Virus record (IMG/VR): IMGVR_UViG_3300017917_001172 | Coordinates: 14,531 to 78,530 of that record | DNA from: a virus | Direction: 5' to 3' (one strand) | Length of the DNA: 64,000 nucleotides | In this document: in pieces, positions 27,802 to 37,445 of the stretch | Numbering within the stretch: position 1 is the first letter of the stretch | How the letters are laid out: each line of letters starts with the position of its first letter | Notes under the pieces: generated by a model | What the model was told of the DNA's origin: nothing | What the model saw: the letters and a program-made list of their open reading frames with translations, nothing else | Databases searched by the model: none | Position numbers and translations under genes: made by a program

Positions 27802-28632
27802 ATGATACCTTATCTCTTTGTAACCACATTTAACAAGAACGGTTACCAGCTGTACGGGCAGAAGATGCTGGAATCTTTCCTGAACTTCTGGCCTGCTAAT
27901 CTAAAGATGATGGTTTACATCGAAAATTTTGCTATCGATAAAGATCTAGCGAACAACCTTCGGATATTGACTAGAGATCTCAATGCCGTGCAAGATCTAA
28001 CCATATTCAAGAACCGACACAAGAACAACCAAAAAGCACACGGCTTTTGGCCAGAAGGTAGGACAGCTAAAGAATTCCAGTTTGATGCAGTGAGATTTAG
28101 CCACAAGGTATTTTCCTTGTATGATTGCTTTAAGAATCCTCCGCTAGAATACAAGAGCATGATATGGCTAGATGGCGATACCATAACGTTCAGGCCGGTT
28201 CCTGACAACTTCTTAGAAACAGTTGCACCTAGGAATTTCTGGAACAGCGGTGTAGGAAAACAGAAATATGGTATATCTTATCTCGGCAGATCGAGGCAGC
28301 ATAGTGAATGCGGGTTCATGAGTTTCAACAAGACGCATCCGCTCATGCCTGCGTTTTGGGAGATGTTTGCTGACATGTATCGCACTGATCAGATCTTTGA
28401 TCTAGCAGAGTGGCACGATAGCTTCGTGTTCGATCACGTGAGGAAGATCTTTGAAGCAAAGGGCATGATAAATCTCAATCTCACTCCTAAGATAGCTTCT
28501 GGTCATCCATTCATAAACTGTGATCTTGGATTATACATGGATCACATGAAGGGAGCTAGGAAACGCAACGGTCGTAGCAGAAAGACTGAGCGACACATGA
28601 AAACCGACCAAGATCCAGATTGGTGGAAATAA
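27802..28632 (+). CDS. Glycosyltransferase (GT-A fold)
   Basis: VTTF, DAVRFSHKV, WLDGD, SECGF, EWHDSFVFD, HMKG. Confidence 0.8.
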   Translation: MIPYLFVTTFNKNGYQLYGQKMLESFLNFWPANLKMMVYIENFAIDKDLANNLRILTRDLNAVQDLTIFKNRHKNNQKAHGFWPEGRTAKEFQFDAVRFSHKVFSLYDCFKNPPLEYKSMIWLDGDTITFRPVPDNFLETVAPRNFWNSGVGKQKYGISYLGRSRQHSECGFMSFNKTHPLMPAFWEMFADMYRTDQIFDLAEWHDSFVFDHVRKIFEAKGMINLNLTPKIASGHPFINCDLGLYMDHMKGARKRNGRSRKTERHMKTDQDPDWWK

Positions 28633-28633
28633 C

Positions 28634-29299
28634 ATGATCAGTCTATTATGTCCTACTAGAGGTAGACCCGATCGCGCTGTTCAATTCTTGGACAGCGTGC
28701 TTTCAACACAGACCAACGATAACGAGATCATCTTTGGTCTACAGACAGATGATCCCAAGCTCAACGACTATCCAAAAGAGATAACATCCAGAGCGATGTT
28801 CTTTGAACCTAGTTCAACTGTCTATTACTGGAATGCCATGGCATCTATGGCTACAGGGCATCTGTTGACTCTCATAGCAGATGATGTCATCATGCGCACA
28901 CCTGGATGGGACAATAAATTTGAAACCGCTGCTGCTCAATATCCAGATGGCATATGCTTGATAACCACGCAAGATGGACGCAATCCTGGAGAGCCACCAG
29001 ATCAGCTACCTACACCTCATCCTACCATCACCCGCAGATGGTATGAGACACTAGGCTACTTCACCTTTCCTGGATTGTTCCACTACTATGCAGACACTTG
29101 GAATTCTAGCATCGCTAGGAGACTGGGCAGGCAGATCAATCTTTACGATGTCATGTGGGAACACATCAAGGAGTTTGATGATACTCGCAAGGAGATGCGC
29201 CGTAACAAGTGGGCTGAACTCGACGACATGGTCTTCAAGCAGTGTGTTAGGCACTGGGAAACTGATCTAGAGCTTCTCAGAGACAAGATAGAAAGATAA
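28634..29299 (+). CDS. Glycosyltransferase family 2-like
   Basis: ISLLCPTRGRP, WN, IADD, YADTW. Confidence 0.8.
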   Translation: MISLLCPTRGRPDRAVQFLDSVLSTQTNDNEIIFGLQTDDPKLNDYPKEITSRAMFFEPSSTVYYWNAMASMATGHLLTLIADDVIMRTPGWDNKFETAAAQYPDGICLITTQDGRNPGEPPDQLPTPHPTITRRWYETLGYFTFPGLFHYYADTWNSSIARRLGRQINLYDVMWEHIKEFDDTRKEMRRNKWAELDDMVFKQCVRHWETDLELLRDKIER

Positions 29300-29301
29300 G
29301 C

Positions 29302-30024
29302 ATGCTTACAGTCATAATGCCAGCTGCCGGAAAAGGCACGCGACTAAACCTTCCATATCCCAAGGAGATCTTGCGCCTCGACAAGGAGCAAGCGTTGATC
29401 GACTATAGCTTTGACTTCTTCCGTGACTATGGCAGGAGAGACGTTGAGTTCGTGGTAGTGATCAACGAAGACAAGACCGAGATAGTAAGATATCTCAGCA
29501 AGTACAAGGACAAGTTCAACATCAGCTTTACCTTCCAGAATCCTAACGAGCGCGAGTACACTGGTGCCATCAAGAGCGCCAAGCATCTGTTCGGTGAGCA
29601 CAATGTGGTATTGCTACCTGATACCATCATGACCTTAAAGCCAGGTGTTGACCTAGTAGAAGCTGTGCAAGATTCTGTTACCGAGACTGGCTTCACTTTC
29701 CTCTACAAGCGAGAGTCAGAAGACAAGATGCTACGCACCAAAGGCGCACTATTGATCGATGAGAACGGGCTAGTCAAGAGCTACGAAGACAAACCCGAGG
29801 AAAATGTGAGTACCTATAATGCCTTCTGGTGCAGCTTTGCTTTCCGCAAGAGAGCTTTTGATCCTGCTATTGCTTTCATGGAGAAGAGCACGCTCAGGCA
29901 GCGTGTGTTGCCTAACGAGATAGAATCTACTCCAATATACAGCAGCAAGGGCATAGAAGTCCTAGACTACAAGGATCTAGGCACCTGGGATGAGATCAGG
30001 AGACTGTTGCGTGACACTATCTAA
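29302..30024 (+). CDS. Sugar-1-phosphate nucleotidyltransferase (NTP_transferase)
   Basis: IMPAAGKGTRL..PYPKEI, LLPD, EDKP, YKDLGTW. Confidence 0.85.
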   Translation: MLTVIMPAAGKGTRLNLPYPKEILRLDKEQALIDYSFDFFRDYGRRDVEFVVVINEDKTEIVRYLSKYKDKFNISFTFQNPNEREYTGAIKSAKHLFGEHNVVLLPDTIMTLKPGVDLVEAVQDSVTETGFTFLYKRESEDKMLRTKGALLIDENGLVKSYEDKPEENVSTYNAFWCSFAFRKRAFDPAIAFMEKSTLRQRVLPNEIESTPIYSSKGIEVLDYKDLGTWDEIRRLLRDTI

Positions 30025-30607
30025 GGTCATAGTGACAGACTGCGATGGTGTGCTGCTTGATTGGGAGTTTGCCTTTGACGTCTGGGTAGCCGAGAAAGGT
30101 TACAAGAGGCTGCCTGGTACCGAGCAGATATTCTGGGCAGGCAGCAGATATGGCATACACAATGATGATGTCTTGAAGCTCATATATGAGTTCAACGAAT
30201 CGGCCTGCATAGGCTTTCTTCCTGCGCTGCGAGATGCTCAGCACTATGTCAAGGCACTAGCCGACCAAGGTTATGAGTTTGATTTAGTATCAAGCCTGCA
30301 TGTTGACCGTTATGCACAGATGTTGCGCATCAATAACCTGACGCACATATTTGGTGATGTGTTCCGCAAGATCAATGCGCATCTCAGCATCACAGGTAGC
30401 AAGGAAGATTTCCTGCGAGAGCATTACGAATCTAGCAACTGTTGGTGGATAGAAGATAGGACTGACCACGTGGATGCTGGTATCAGAGTAGGCATGCGCG
30501 GGCTATTGATGGATCATCCGTACAACCAAGATTACGTAGGCAAAGCCACTAGAGTCAAGAACTGGCAAGAGATATATGAGATAGTAACAGGAAATGATTT
30601 TACATGA
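30011..30607 (+). CDS. HAD-family 5'(3')-nucleotidase-like phosphatase
   Basis: DCDGVLLDW, VSS, K, WIED, HPYN. Confidence 0.8.
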   Translation: MTLSKVIVTDCDGVLLDWEFAFDVWVAEKGYKRLPGTEQIFWAGSRYGIHNDDVLKLIYEFNESACIGFLPALRDAQHYVKALADQGYEFDLVSSLHVDRYAQMLRINNLTHIFGDVFRKINAHLSITGSKEDFLREHYESSNCWWIEDRTDHVDAGIRVGMRGLLMDHPYNQDYVGKATRVKNWQEIYEIVTGNDFT

Positions 30608-31311
30608 GCACACCGCATCTAGAAGCTAACCTAGGAGATTATGCCGAGACAGTGTTGCTGCCTGGTGATCCCCTGAGGGCGCAATGGGTAGCAGAAACTT
30701 ATTTCAAGGACATCAAGTGTGTTAACAAAGTACGAAACATGCTTGGCTTCACTGGGCTTTACAATGGCAAGAAGATCAGCGTGCAAGGTTCTGGCATGGG
30801 ACAACCTAGCCTAGGCATATACGTGAACGAGCTATACGATCGTTATAGAGTCAAGAACATCATAAGAATTGGTAGCTGCGGTGCTATCGATCAGGCTCTA
30901 ACAGTAGGCAGCATAGTAGCTGCCATGACAGCTTGCACAGATTCAGGGTTGCCTACTAGCATAGCACAAGGTTGGCATTATAGCCCAGCAGCTAGCTATC
31001 ATCTATTAGAGAACTATGTCAAGCAGCACAGGATGAGAGGTTTGCCTATAACAGTAGGCAGCATAGCAAGCACAGATAACTTCTATCAACCAAATTCGCT
31101 CTGGTGGAGGCCCTTGGCCGATCACGGCGTGATAGCAGTAGAGATGGAAACATACATGCTGTACACGCTAGCACACAGGCATAAGCGTCATGCACTTTCA
31201 ATCAACACAGTCAGCGACAATGTTGTAACCAAGCAGCAGATGAGTAGCAATCAGAGGCAGACTGGACTAGACAACATGGTGACTTTCCTGCTAGACAGCT
31301 TAGTGCTATGA
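30604..31311 (+). CDS. deoD: Purine nucleoside phosphorylase
   Basis: TPH, LLPGDPLRA, VRNMLGFTG, GMGQPS, RIGSCGA, VEME, TVSD. Confidence 0.93.
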   Translation: MSTPHLEANLGDYAETVLLPGDPLRAQWVAETYFKDIKCVNKVRNMLGFTGLYNGKKISVQGSGMGQPSLGIYVNELYDRYRVKNIIRIGSCGAIDQALTVGSIVAAMTACTDSGLPTSIAQGWHYSPAASYHLLENYVKQHRMRGLPITVGSIASTDNFYQPNSLWWRPLADHGVIAVEMETYMLYTLAHRHKRHALSINTVSDNVVTKQQMSSNQRQTGLDNMVTFLLDSLVL

Positions 31312-32135
31312 GAGTCGTAGGGTACGAGACCAAGAAAGCGCACACTACTGAGATAGTGAAAGCTGCATTGCGCCCGTACAATGGCCAATTGCTGCCTATC
31401 GAAGATTTCTTAGACAACGGATTACCTGCGGTTGACCTAGTGATAATATCAGGCATACTCAGAGGCAGCGGGCTAGTCTACAAGGAATGCCTGCGCCAGA
31501 ACAAGGACTTCTTGTTCATCGACCATGCCTACTTCCTCAAGGGCTATGAGGGCGTGAACTGGATGCGTGTTACTAAGAACCGCCATGCATTTGGACCTAA
31601 TCTGATCAACAAGCCCAATGATAGATTCAAGCAATTCTTCGAGCACAAGTATGCGCTAGACTCGTGGAAAGGCAATAGGCAAGGGCATGTGCTTGTCTTG
31701 CCTCCGACCAATGCCATATCTTGGTTGTTTAATGCACATGACTGGGAAAAGAACATCGTTGATAGATTGAAGCAAGTGACTGATAGACCAATCAAGATCA
31801 GAGCAAAGCCAGAAGATCCCATCGTTGACGATCGAGGAAATCTCATGCGCATGCAGATCAACGATACCAAAGACATACCTCTGGCAGAAGATATCGCAAG
31901 AGCGCATGCTGTGGTAGCATACAATAGCAATAGCGTGATCGAAGCAGTGAAGCAAGGTGTGCCTGTCATATGTGAAGATCCTTGTGCTGCTAGCCCTATA
32001 TCATTCAAGCTAGAGGATCTATCACAGCCAGATAAGTTCATGTCAGAGCCGCCAAGGCAGCAGCTATTCAACGATCTAGCTTATTCACAGTTTACCAGAG
32101 CAGAGCTAAAGATCATCAATCTATCAAGTGCGTGA
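31308..32135 (+). CDS. KpsS/KpsC-like GT-B protein
   Basis: IDHAYF, PIKIRAKP, AVVAYNSNSVIEAVKQGVPV, LAYSQFT. Confidence 0.6.
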   Translation: MRVVGYETKKAHTTEIVKAALRPYNGQLLPIEDFLDNGLPAVDLVIISGILRGSGLVYKECLRQNKDFLFIDHAYFLKGYEGVNWMRVTKNRHAFGPNLINKPNDRFKQFFEHKYALDSWKGNRQGHVLVLPPTNAISWLFNAHDWEKNIVDRLKQVTDRPIKIRAKPEDPIVDDRGNLMRMQINDTKDIPLAEDIARAHAVVAYNSNSVIEAVKQGVPVICEDPCAASPISFKLEDLSQPDKFMSEPPRQQLFNDLAYSQFTRAELKIINLSSA

Positions 32136-33576
32136 GATCATGCATCATCTTAGGCTGCATCATCTTCAAACGCCTGAAATAGATCTTTATGTTTGAATCA
32201 TCATACAGCATCTTGCTGATGAAGGCATCGTCTAGCGCAGTCTCATCTTTCCAAGATCCAACCTTGCCCTTGCGGACCTTTAGCTTGTCAGGATCGCCAT
32301 CCCACTTGCGCATGCTCAATCGACCTATACCTGCTGCACTTGGATGTTGATTAGCTTCTATCTCTGCTTTTTGCATTGAATAAAATTGGCTGTCGCTGCT
32401 AGCTCTATCTATGCTAGCTGCGTCTTTCCTGATCTTCATGAAATCAAACATGCGTGTCATCTCTCTAGACATGTTTTCTATCATGTGTTCGTAAGTGATG
32501 AAAAGCACGTTTGGTCGCATGATCAGATAATCTAGCATCTGGTCCATCCAGATGCAATACCTGCCCAATCCATATCTATCATCTAGCATGAATTCCCTGA
32601 TCGATAGGTCGAGATTGTTCTCAGTGCGCTCTCGCTTGACTTTATGGTAGTAATAACTTACCATGGTATCCATTGGGTTCCTAAACAAGAAAATGATAGG
32701 CTTCTTGTCAAACAGCTCTTTGAAATAGACGCAAGGACGTTCGTTATTGTTGAAATTTAGATCAAACCAATCATGCGTGAAATGTATGTTAGGGAAATCT
32801 AGCTCTTGCCTTTCATCCGACCAATAAGGCTGCGGCATGAACTCGAGATCCATGGGCATGTTGTGGCTGATGTTGAGGTATCGTCCTAGGAAATACCTTA
32901 TCCAGGTACGCCCGCTCTTTGGAAAGCTCACGATGGGATAGTCGCATCTAGCAAGATGTTCTGCCTTGCTAAGGTTCCTTAGATTGACCCTGATGCCATT
33001 GAGCCTTTCTTCTAGATCTGGTTTCTGCCAAACGATTAACCTGCCTCGATGTTCTTCATCATTCTCGGTTGGTCGCACTTCATACATCATCTGCCAACCT
33101 GTCAGGATCTTATAGATATCATCCTTGTGTTCTGCCCAAAAGTATTCTGGTACTCTCAGAGCAAAAAACTTGTCAGCTAGTTTCACAGCTTGCTCGAGAC
33201 AAGCTATAGGGTTATTGAGCTTTTGCAATATCGCTAACAGCAACACGATGTCAAAGCTGCCTGATATGCCTGCTTTGTCAAGATGATCAGCATTTCCTCT
33301 TATGAATTCGTACCTACCATCTGCTATCTGATCAGCGTATATCTCACGCGCCGATGCGACTTTGATCTCGTCACCTTCTAGTCCTACTAGCCTAGAAGGT
33401 TTGCCCATGGTTAACCAATCACCTATCAATCCTTCAGCGCAGCCAACATCTAATACTGATACTTCTTCTACGGTTTGCAGTGTCCTAATAGATTTCTGTA
33501 AAGGCTCTAACCCTGCCGTCCTATCGTCCAACGTTCTTATTCCTTGTGTAGTTTCTGTCGTGAACCAATTTGCCAT
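32116..33576 (-). CDS. SAM methyltransferase-sulfotransferase fusion
   Basis: N-terminal VLDVGCAEG; C-terminal SFPKSGRTW, RNPMDTMVSYY, YE, RKGKVGSWK; start revised to MANWF. Confidence 0.85.
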   Translation of the reverse strand: MANWFTTETTQGIRTLDDRTAGLEPLQKSIRTLQTVEEVSVLDVGCAEGLIGDWLTMGKPSRLVGLEGDEIKVASAREIYADQIADGRYEFIRGNADHLDKAGISGSFDIVLLLAILQKLNNPIACLEQAVKLADKFFALRVPEYFWAEHKDDIYKILTGWQMMYEVRPTENDEEHRGRLIVWQKPDLEERLNGIRVNLRNLSKAEHLARCDYPIVSFPKSGRTWIRYFLGRYLNISHNMPMDLEFMPQPYWSDERQELDFPNIHFTHDWFDLNFNNNERPCVYFKELFDKKPIIFLFRNPMDTMVSYYYHKVKRERTENNLDLSIREFMLDDRYGLGRYCIWMDQMLDYLIMRPNVLFITYEHMIENMSREMTRMFDFMKIRKDAASIDRASSDSQFYSMQKAEIEANQHPSAAGIGRLSMRKWDGDPDKLKVRKGKVGSWKDETALDDAFISKMLYDDSNIKIYFRRLKMMQPKMMHDLTHLID

Positions 33577-33604
33577 GCCATATTTAGTAGGGATAAAATA
33601 GTAT

Positions 33605-34471
33605 ATGAAGATTAGCACTTGGGAAAGCTGCCTGCCTGGAAACGCCACTAACGTCTATTCAAAGATATTAGCAGCGATGAAATCAACCAACGATGAACTG
33701 CTGTATCAGAAGCTAGAAGGCGATGCTGGTTTCATCTGGTCAGTCTTATGGTGGGGGCGGATGAGCAGAGCTAAGCCAGTCTGGCAGCACTATCGTTCCA
33801 ATAACAAGCCAGTCATAGTAGCCGAGGTTGGCGGCTTAGTCAGAGACAAGACTTGGCGACTCAGTGCTAACGGGATCAACCGATCAGCTATGTTTCCCAA
33901 GGTTAATCTAGATCCTAACCGTCCTAGCAAGTTAGGACTGAGCTTGCAGCCATGGCATGATGGCAAGTATGTCTTGATATGCGGTCAGCATGAAAGGAGC
34001 GAGCAGTGGCGCAACATGCCCAGCATGGATGATTACTATAAGCAGACCGTGCTAGATGTTCGCAAGCATACCGATCGGCCTATCATCATACGTAGCCATC
34101 CTAGGTACAGAGAAAACTTGTTCTTCAAGATCGATGCTGAGTTTTATTCTAAGCACAACGTGGAATGGAACGCACCTAAGCATATAAAGAACACCAAGGA
34201 TAGCTACGATCTCGAATCATTGCTGCCAGAATGCCACTGCGTGATCAGCCATAGTTCAAACTCAGGACTGAGTGCAATCATGGCTGGCACACCTGCTATC
34301 GTCAGCAAGGAAAGCTTGGCTTACGACATGGCCACAGATGACATATCTAAGATAGAATCTCTACCTAGGCCAGATCGATCTCAGTGGTTGATAGAGCTAG
34401 CCCACAAGGAATGGTATGAAGATGAGCTAGCTTATGCTTGGCAGCACCTAAGGCCTATGATATTACCTTGA
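33605..34471 (+). CDS. KpsS/KpsC-like GT-B protein
   Basis: VLICGQ, PIIIRSHP, CVISHSSNSGLSAIMAGTP. Confidence 0.6.
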   Translation: MKISTWESCLPGNATNVYSKILAAMKSTNDELLYQKLEGDAGFIWSVLWWGRMSRAKPVWQHYRSNNKPVIVAEVGGLVRDKTWRLSANGINRSAMFPKVNLDPNRPSKLGLSLQPWHDGKYVLICGQHERSEQWRNMPSMDDYYKQTVLDVRKHTDRPIIIRSHPRYRENLFFKIDAEFYSKHNVEWNAPKHIKNTKDSYDLESLLPECHCVISHSSNSGLSAIMAGTPAIVSKESLAYDMATDDISKIESLPRPDRSQWLIELAHKEWYEDELAYAWQHLRPMILP

Positions 34472-35924
34472 CGCCGTAGATCTTTTCAAATCGATAAGCA
34501 TCTGCTTTGTTGTTTACCATGGGTTGACCTTTGATGTTTAAGCTGGTATTCAACAGCAACGGGCATCCAGTTGCATCATGCCATGCTTCTAGTATCTTGC
34601 GCATGTTACCTGTTGATACGGTCTGCACTCTGGCTGTTCCGTCAACGTGATGCACAGGCCTGTATTCTAACGCTCGCGTTGCAGGAACCACATATTGCAT
34701 GTAGTCGTAGTCACAAGCAGGATCTAGCTTGAACCATTCGTCGGCGTGTTCAGCTAGTATAGCAGGAGCAAATGGCCTGTATTTCTGCCTCTGCTTTATC
34801 TCGTTGACTGCATCGTTTATCCCTGGTCTGCGAGGATCAGCCAACAAGCTACGATTGCCCAGCGCCCTAGGTCCCCATTCAGCGCGGCCGTTAGCTACGC
34901 CTACTATGCCATTTGATAGCAATTCGTTGATCACCGATTTAACATCTAGCTCACCTGGAATGTCCTCACCTAGGAATGCATCCTTCCAGTCGAGCTTGCT
35001 GCCGTAGCCTAGTGCTGCTGCACCTAGCGCAGATCCGCAGTCGCCTGGATTAGGCGGTATCCATATCTGGCTCCATAGCTTAGGTAGCTGAGCGTTGAAG
35101 GCACAATTGAGTGCAACGCCGCCGCCATAACATACCACATCTTCGCCTGTTAGCTCTCGAGCTCGCTTGTGTATCTCGAACAACACATCTTCTGTGACGG
35201 CCTGCACGTTAGCTGCCAGGTCTTCGTTGTTTAGTTCGCTAGGCCAATCTTCGCAGCCAAGATGCAGGTTATGTCGCAGTGTCACGTCTTCTAAGCTGTT
35301 AAAGAACTCATCCTTGACCACGTTCTTCATGTGATCAGATTTCTTACCGTAAGCAGCCATGCCCATGAAGATGTATTCATCTTCCATGGGTTTGAGACCA
35401 ACATATTGCGTCATGGCAGAATAGAACAAGCCTACTGAGTGAGGATAACGCCTCGTCCAATACCGCTTGTATCGCGCACGACCATCTAGATCATACCAAG
35501 CTGACCAGATGCTGACAGTATCAAATTCACCTATAGCGTCAATCACGACTACAGCAGAATGCTGGAAAGGGCTAGTCTGGAAAGCCACTGCTGCATGGCT
35601 GAGATGATGCCCCCAGCTAGTGTACTTCTGAGGTAGCAACGCATAGCCTAGCTTGATCTTGAACTCGCTCATTGACTTGAGCGATTGCCCTGCAAACAAC
35701 CTGCGTAGATTAGTCAGATAGTTTCGCTCGTAATAATGGACGCTAGACTTTGCTTCAAACTTGCGCCTGATCTGATCAAGCATAGCTAAACTTAATTCAG
35801 GATCATTCTTGATCTTGCTGTAACGTTCACTATGGGCAGCATAGAGTATGTCACCTTGGGGAGACACGACGGCTGCACCTGCATCATGGAAGCCTTGGCT
35901 AAATCCTATGCATTGTTCAGTCAT
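34455..35924 (-). CDS. O-carbamoyltransferase (CmcH/NodU family)
   Basis: HDAGAA, ERYSKIK, HHLSHA, DAIGE, GGVALN, EWGPRALGNRSLL, RPFAP, HVDGTARVQ, NTSLN. Confidence 0.93.
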   Translation of the reverse strand: MTEQCIGFSQGFHDAGAAVVSPQGDILYAAHSERYSKIKNDPELSLAMLDQIRRKFEAKSSVHYYERNYLTNLRRLFAGQSLKSMSEFKIKLGYALLPQKYTSWGHHLSHAAVAFQTSPFQHSAVVVIDAIGEFDTVSIWSAWYDLDGRARYKRYWTRRYPHSVGLFYSAMTQYVGLKPMEDEYIFMGMAAYGKKSDHMKNVVKDEFFNSLEDVTLRHNLHLGCEDWPSELNNEDLAANVQAVTEDVLFEIHKRARELTGEDVVCYGGGVALNCAFNAQLPKLWSQIWIPPNPGDCGSALGAAALGYGSKLDWKDAFLGEDIPGELDVKSVINELLSNGIVGVANGRAEWGPRALGNRSLLADPRRPGINDAVNEIKQRQKYRPFAPAILAEHADEWFKLDPACDYDYMQYVVPATRALEYRPVHHVDGTARVQTVSTGNMRKILEAWHDATGCPLLLNTSLNIKGQPMVNNKADAYRFEKIYGVKVIS

Positions 35925-36018
35925 AGATGAAAGGATCGCGCTTCTTGAGTTCTTTCAATCGCTTGCGATACATCAGTTCTACTCTGATCCTATTGATCAG
36001 TTTCTTTATCCATTTCAT
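35917..36018 (-). CDS. 33-aa basic peptide ending RDPFIYD (not in ORF track)
   Basis: MKWIKKLINRIRVELMYRKRLKELKKRDPFIYD; fills the gap and overlaps both neighbours. Confidence 0.7.
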   Translation of the reverse strand: MKWIKKLINRIRVELMYRKRLKELKKRDPFIYD

Positions 36019-36755
36019 GGCAACATCTCCACTGCTAAATCATGCCTCTGTCTATCTAGCCATTCAAGCACTAGGAATTCCTGCTTGAGATAGCCGTATT
36101 TAAGGACGCAATTGTCAGCCGAAACAGGTAGCAGTTTCTTCTCCATGAGGTCATACCATGTGGTAGAACGCCTATCCATTGGTTCGTGCTTGCTCTTGTA
36201 GACTGCTGCCCAGATGTAAGGGTCATGCCTTCTCTGCCTTAGGAAGCCTTCTCTGCAATCGAATCCGCTAGTAGCCAACATGCGAATCAACGTGACCATG
36301 TTGTAACTATAATAACAATCTGGCTTTAGTTCAACTTGCCAGCGAGAGAGATCGTCTATGTAATTGTTCTGAGGTATGGCTAAGATCAGCATGCCGTTCT
36401 CTTGCATGATGCTATGCCAATGCCTCAGTGTGTTGAATGGGTCTATAGATTGCTGGAAACTGTTATAGCACCAGATGAGATCTACCTTGTTCTTCTGCAC
36501 ACCAGTAGCATCCCAGTCTTTCCTGATCTGCCTTATGTTGGGTAGCCTGTTCTTGTTATCTAGCGCAACCTTGTCGTCGATAGCTAATACCGTGTACTTC
36601 CTGTTCTTGTTTCCTTCAACCACTTCTCTGGTTGCCCACCACTTGCTGTGATGTCCTGCACCGCTGCCCATGTCAGCAATCACGTCAAGCTGGCTCATGA
36701 ACTCGTCATAGTTGACCAGCATATCGAGAACTTGCTGAGCATTCTCGTCGATCAA
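36015..36755 (-). CDS. Class I SAM-dependent methyltransferase
   Basis: IADMGSGAG, AIDD, DLIWC, MQENGMLIL. Confidence 0.8.
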   Translation of the reverse strand: MIDENAQQVLDMLVNYDEFMSQLDVIADMGSGAGHHSKWWATREVVEGNKNRKYTVLAIDDKVALDNKNRLPNIRQIRKDWDATGVQKNKVDLIWCYNSFQQSIDPFNTLRHWHSIMQENGMLILAIPQNNYIDDLSRWQVELKPDCYYSYNMVTLIRMLATSGFDCREGFLRQRRHDPYIWAAVYKSKHEPMDRRSTTWYDLMEKKLLPVSADNCVLKYGYLKQEFLVLEWLDRQRHDLAVEMLP

Positions 36756-37207
36756 ATGGTGATGTCCTCCATGCCAGCAACTCTCAATCGAGTGATGTGT
36801 CCTAGCTGGAAGTTCTTGCTTTCAAGCGCCTTCATGATACCAAGCCACTTGTTACGTACCAATGCGACTTCGTTGATGATGGTTTCAAAGTCAACGACTT
36901 CTTCCTCACCATCGACATACTTCTCAGCTTCTCTAGCACTGAGCGCACGATTGTATCCTTCCAGATACTTCTGGAAATGCTTGCGGCGTATCTTACCTAG
37001 CTGGATGTTAAGGTAGTTGAGCACCGCTTCAATCTCTTGAAGCTGGTTAAAGCGATGCTCTGTTATACCAGGAAGGTCAGCGAGGTTCTTCTCGATCTTG
37101 CCTGCGATCCTAACGTCACGCTTGGCTGATTCTAGTTCATTCTCGTAGTGAGCTATGAAGTCTGGAATGGCAGCTAAGCTTGACGTTACTCTTGAGTACC
37201 AACTCAT
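36752..37207 (-). CDS. uvsY: Recombination mediator UvsY
   Basis: EAEKYVDGE..LESKNFQL..LRVAG; adjacent to uvsX. Confidence 0.8.
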   Translation of the reverse strand: MSWYSRVTSSLAAIPDFIAHYENELESAKRDVRIAGKIEKNLADLPGITEHRFNQLQEIEAVLNYLNIQLGKIRRKHFQKYLEGYNRALSAREAEKYVDGEEEVVDFETIINEVALVRNKWLGIMKALESKNFQLGHITRLRVAGMEDITI

Positions 37208-37422
37208 AGTTCCTCATAATCGTCGTCGTCAGAATCAGTTTCACCGAGATGATCTTCTACTGCCCTGCGCAAGATAGAATTGCCTTTGCACATAGCGAAT
37301 AGGTCTTCATCATCTGTGCCAGCATCAATCAGTTCGTTGACTAGATGATGGGCAGCAGCCTCATGGTCGCGAGCAGGAATGTACTCGCTCAAGATCTTCC
37401 AAAAAATATGGGTATTTTCCAC
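37204..37422 (-). CDS. Hypothetical acidic protein
   Basis: 72-aa GTG-start ORF between uvsX and uvsY. Confidence 0.6.
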   Translation of the reverse strand: MENTHIFWKILSEYIPARDHEAAAHHLVNELIDAGTDDEDLFAMCKGNSILRRAVEDHLGETDSDDDDYEEL

Positions 37423-37445
37423 TTTTCAATCCTTTTTGGAGATAC

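Noticed and set aside
23023-36755. DNA hypermodification cluster or Nod-factor synthesis
   Set aside because: No hydroxymethylase, thymidylate-synthase-like, TET or dpd gene and no nodABC in the window; late promoters favour another target. Downgraded rather than excluded.
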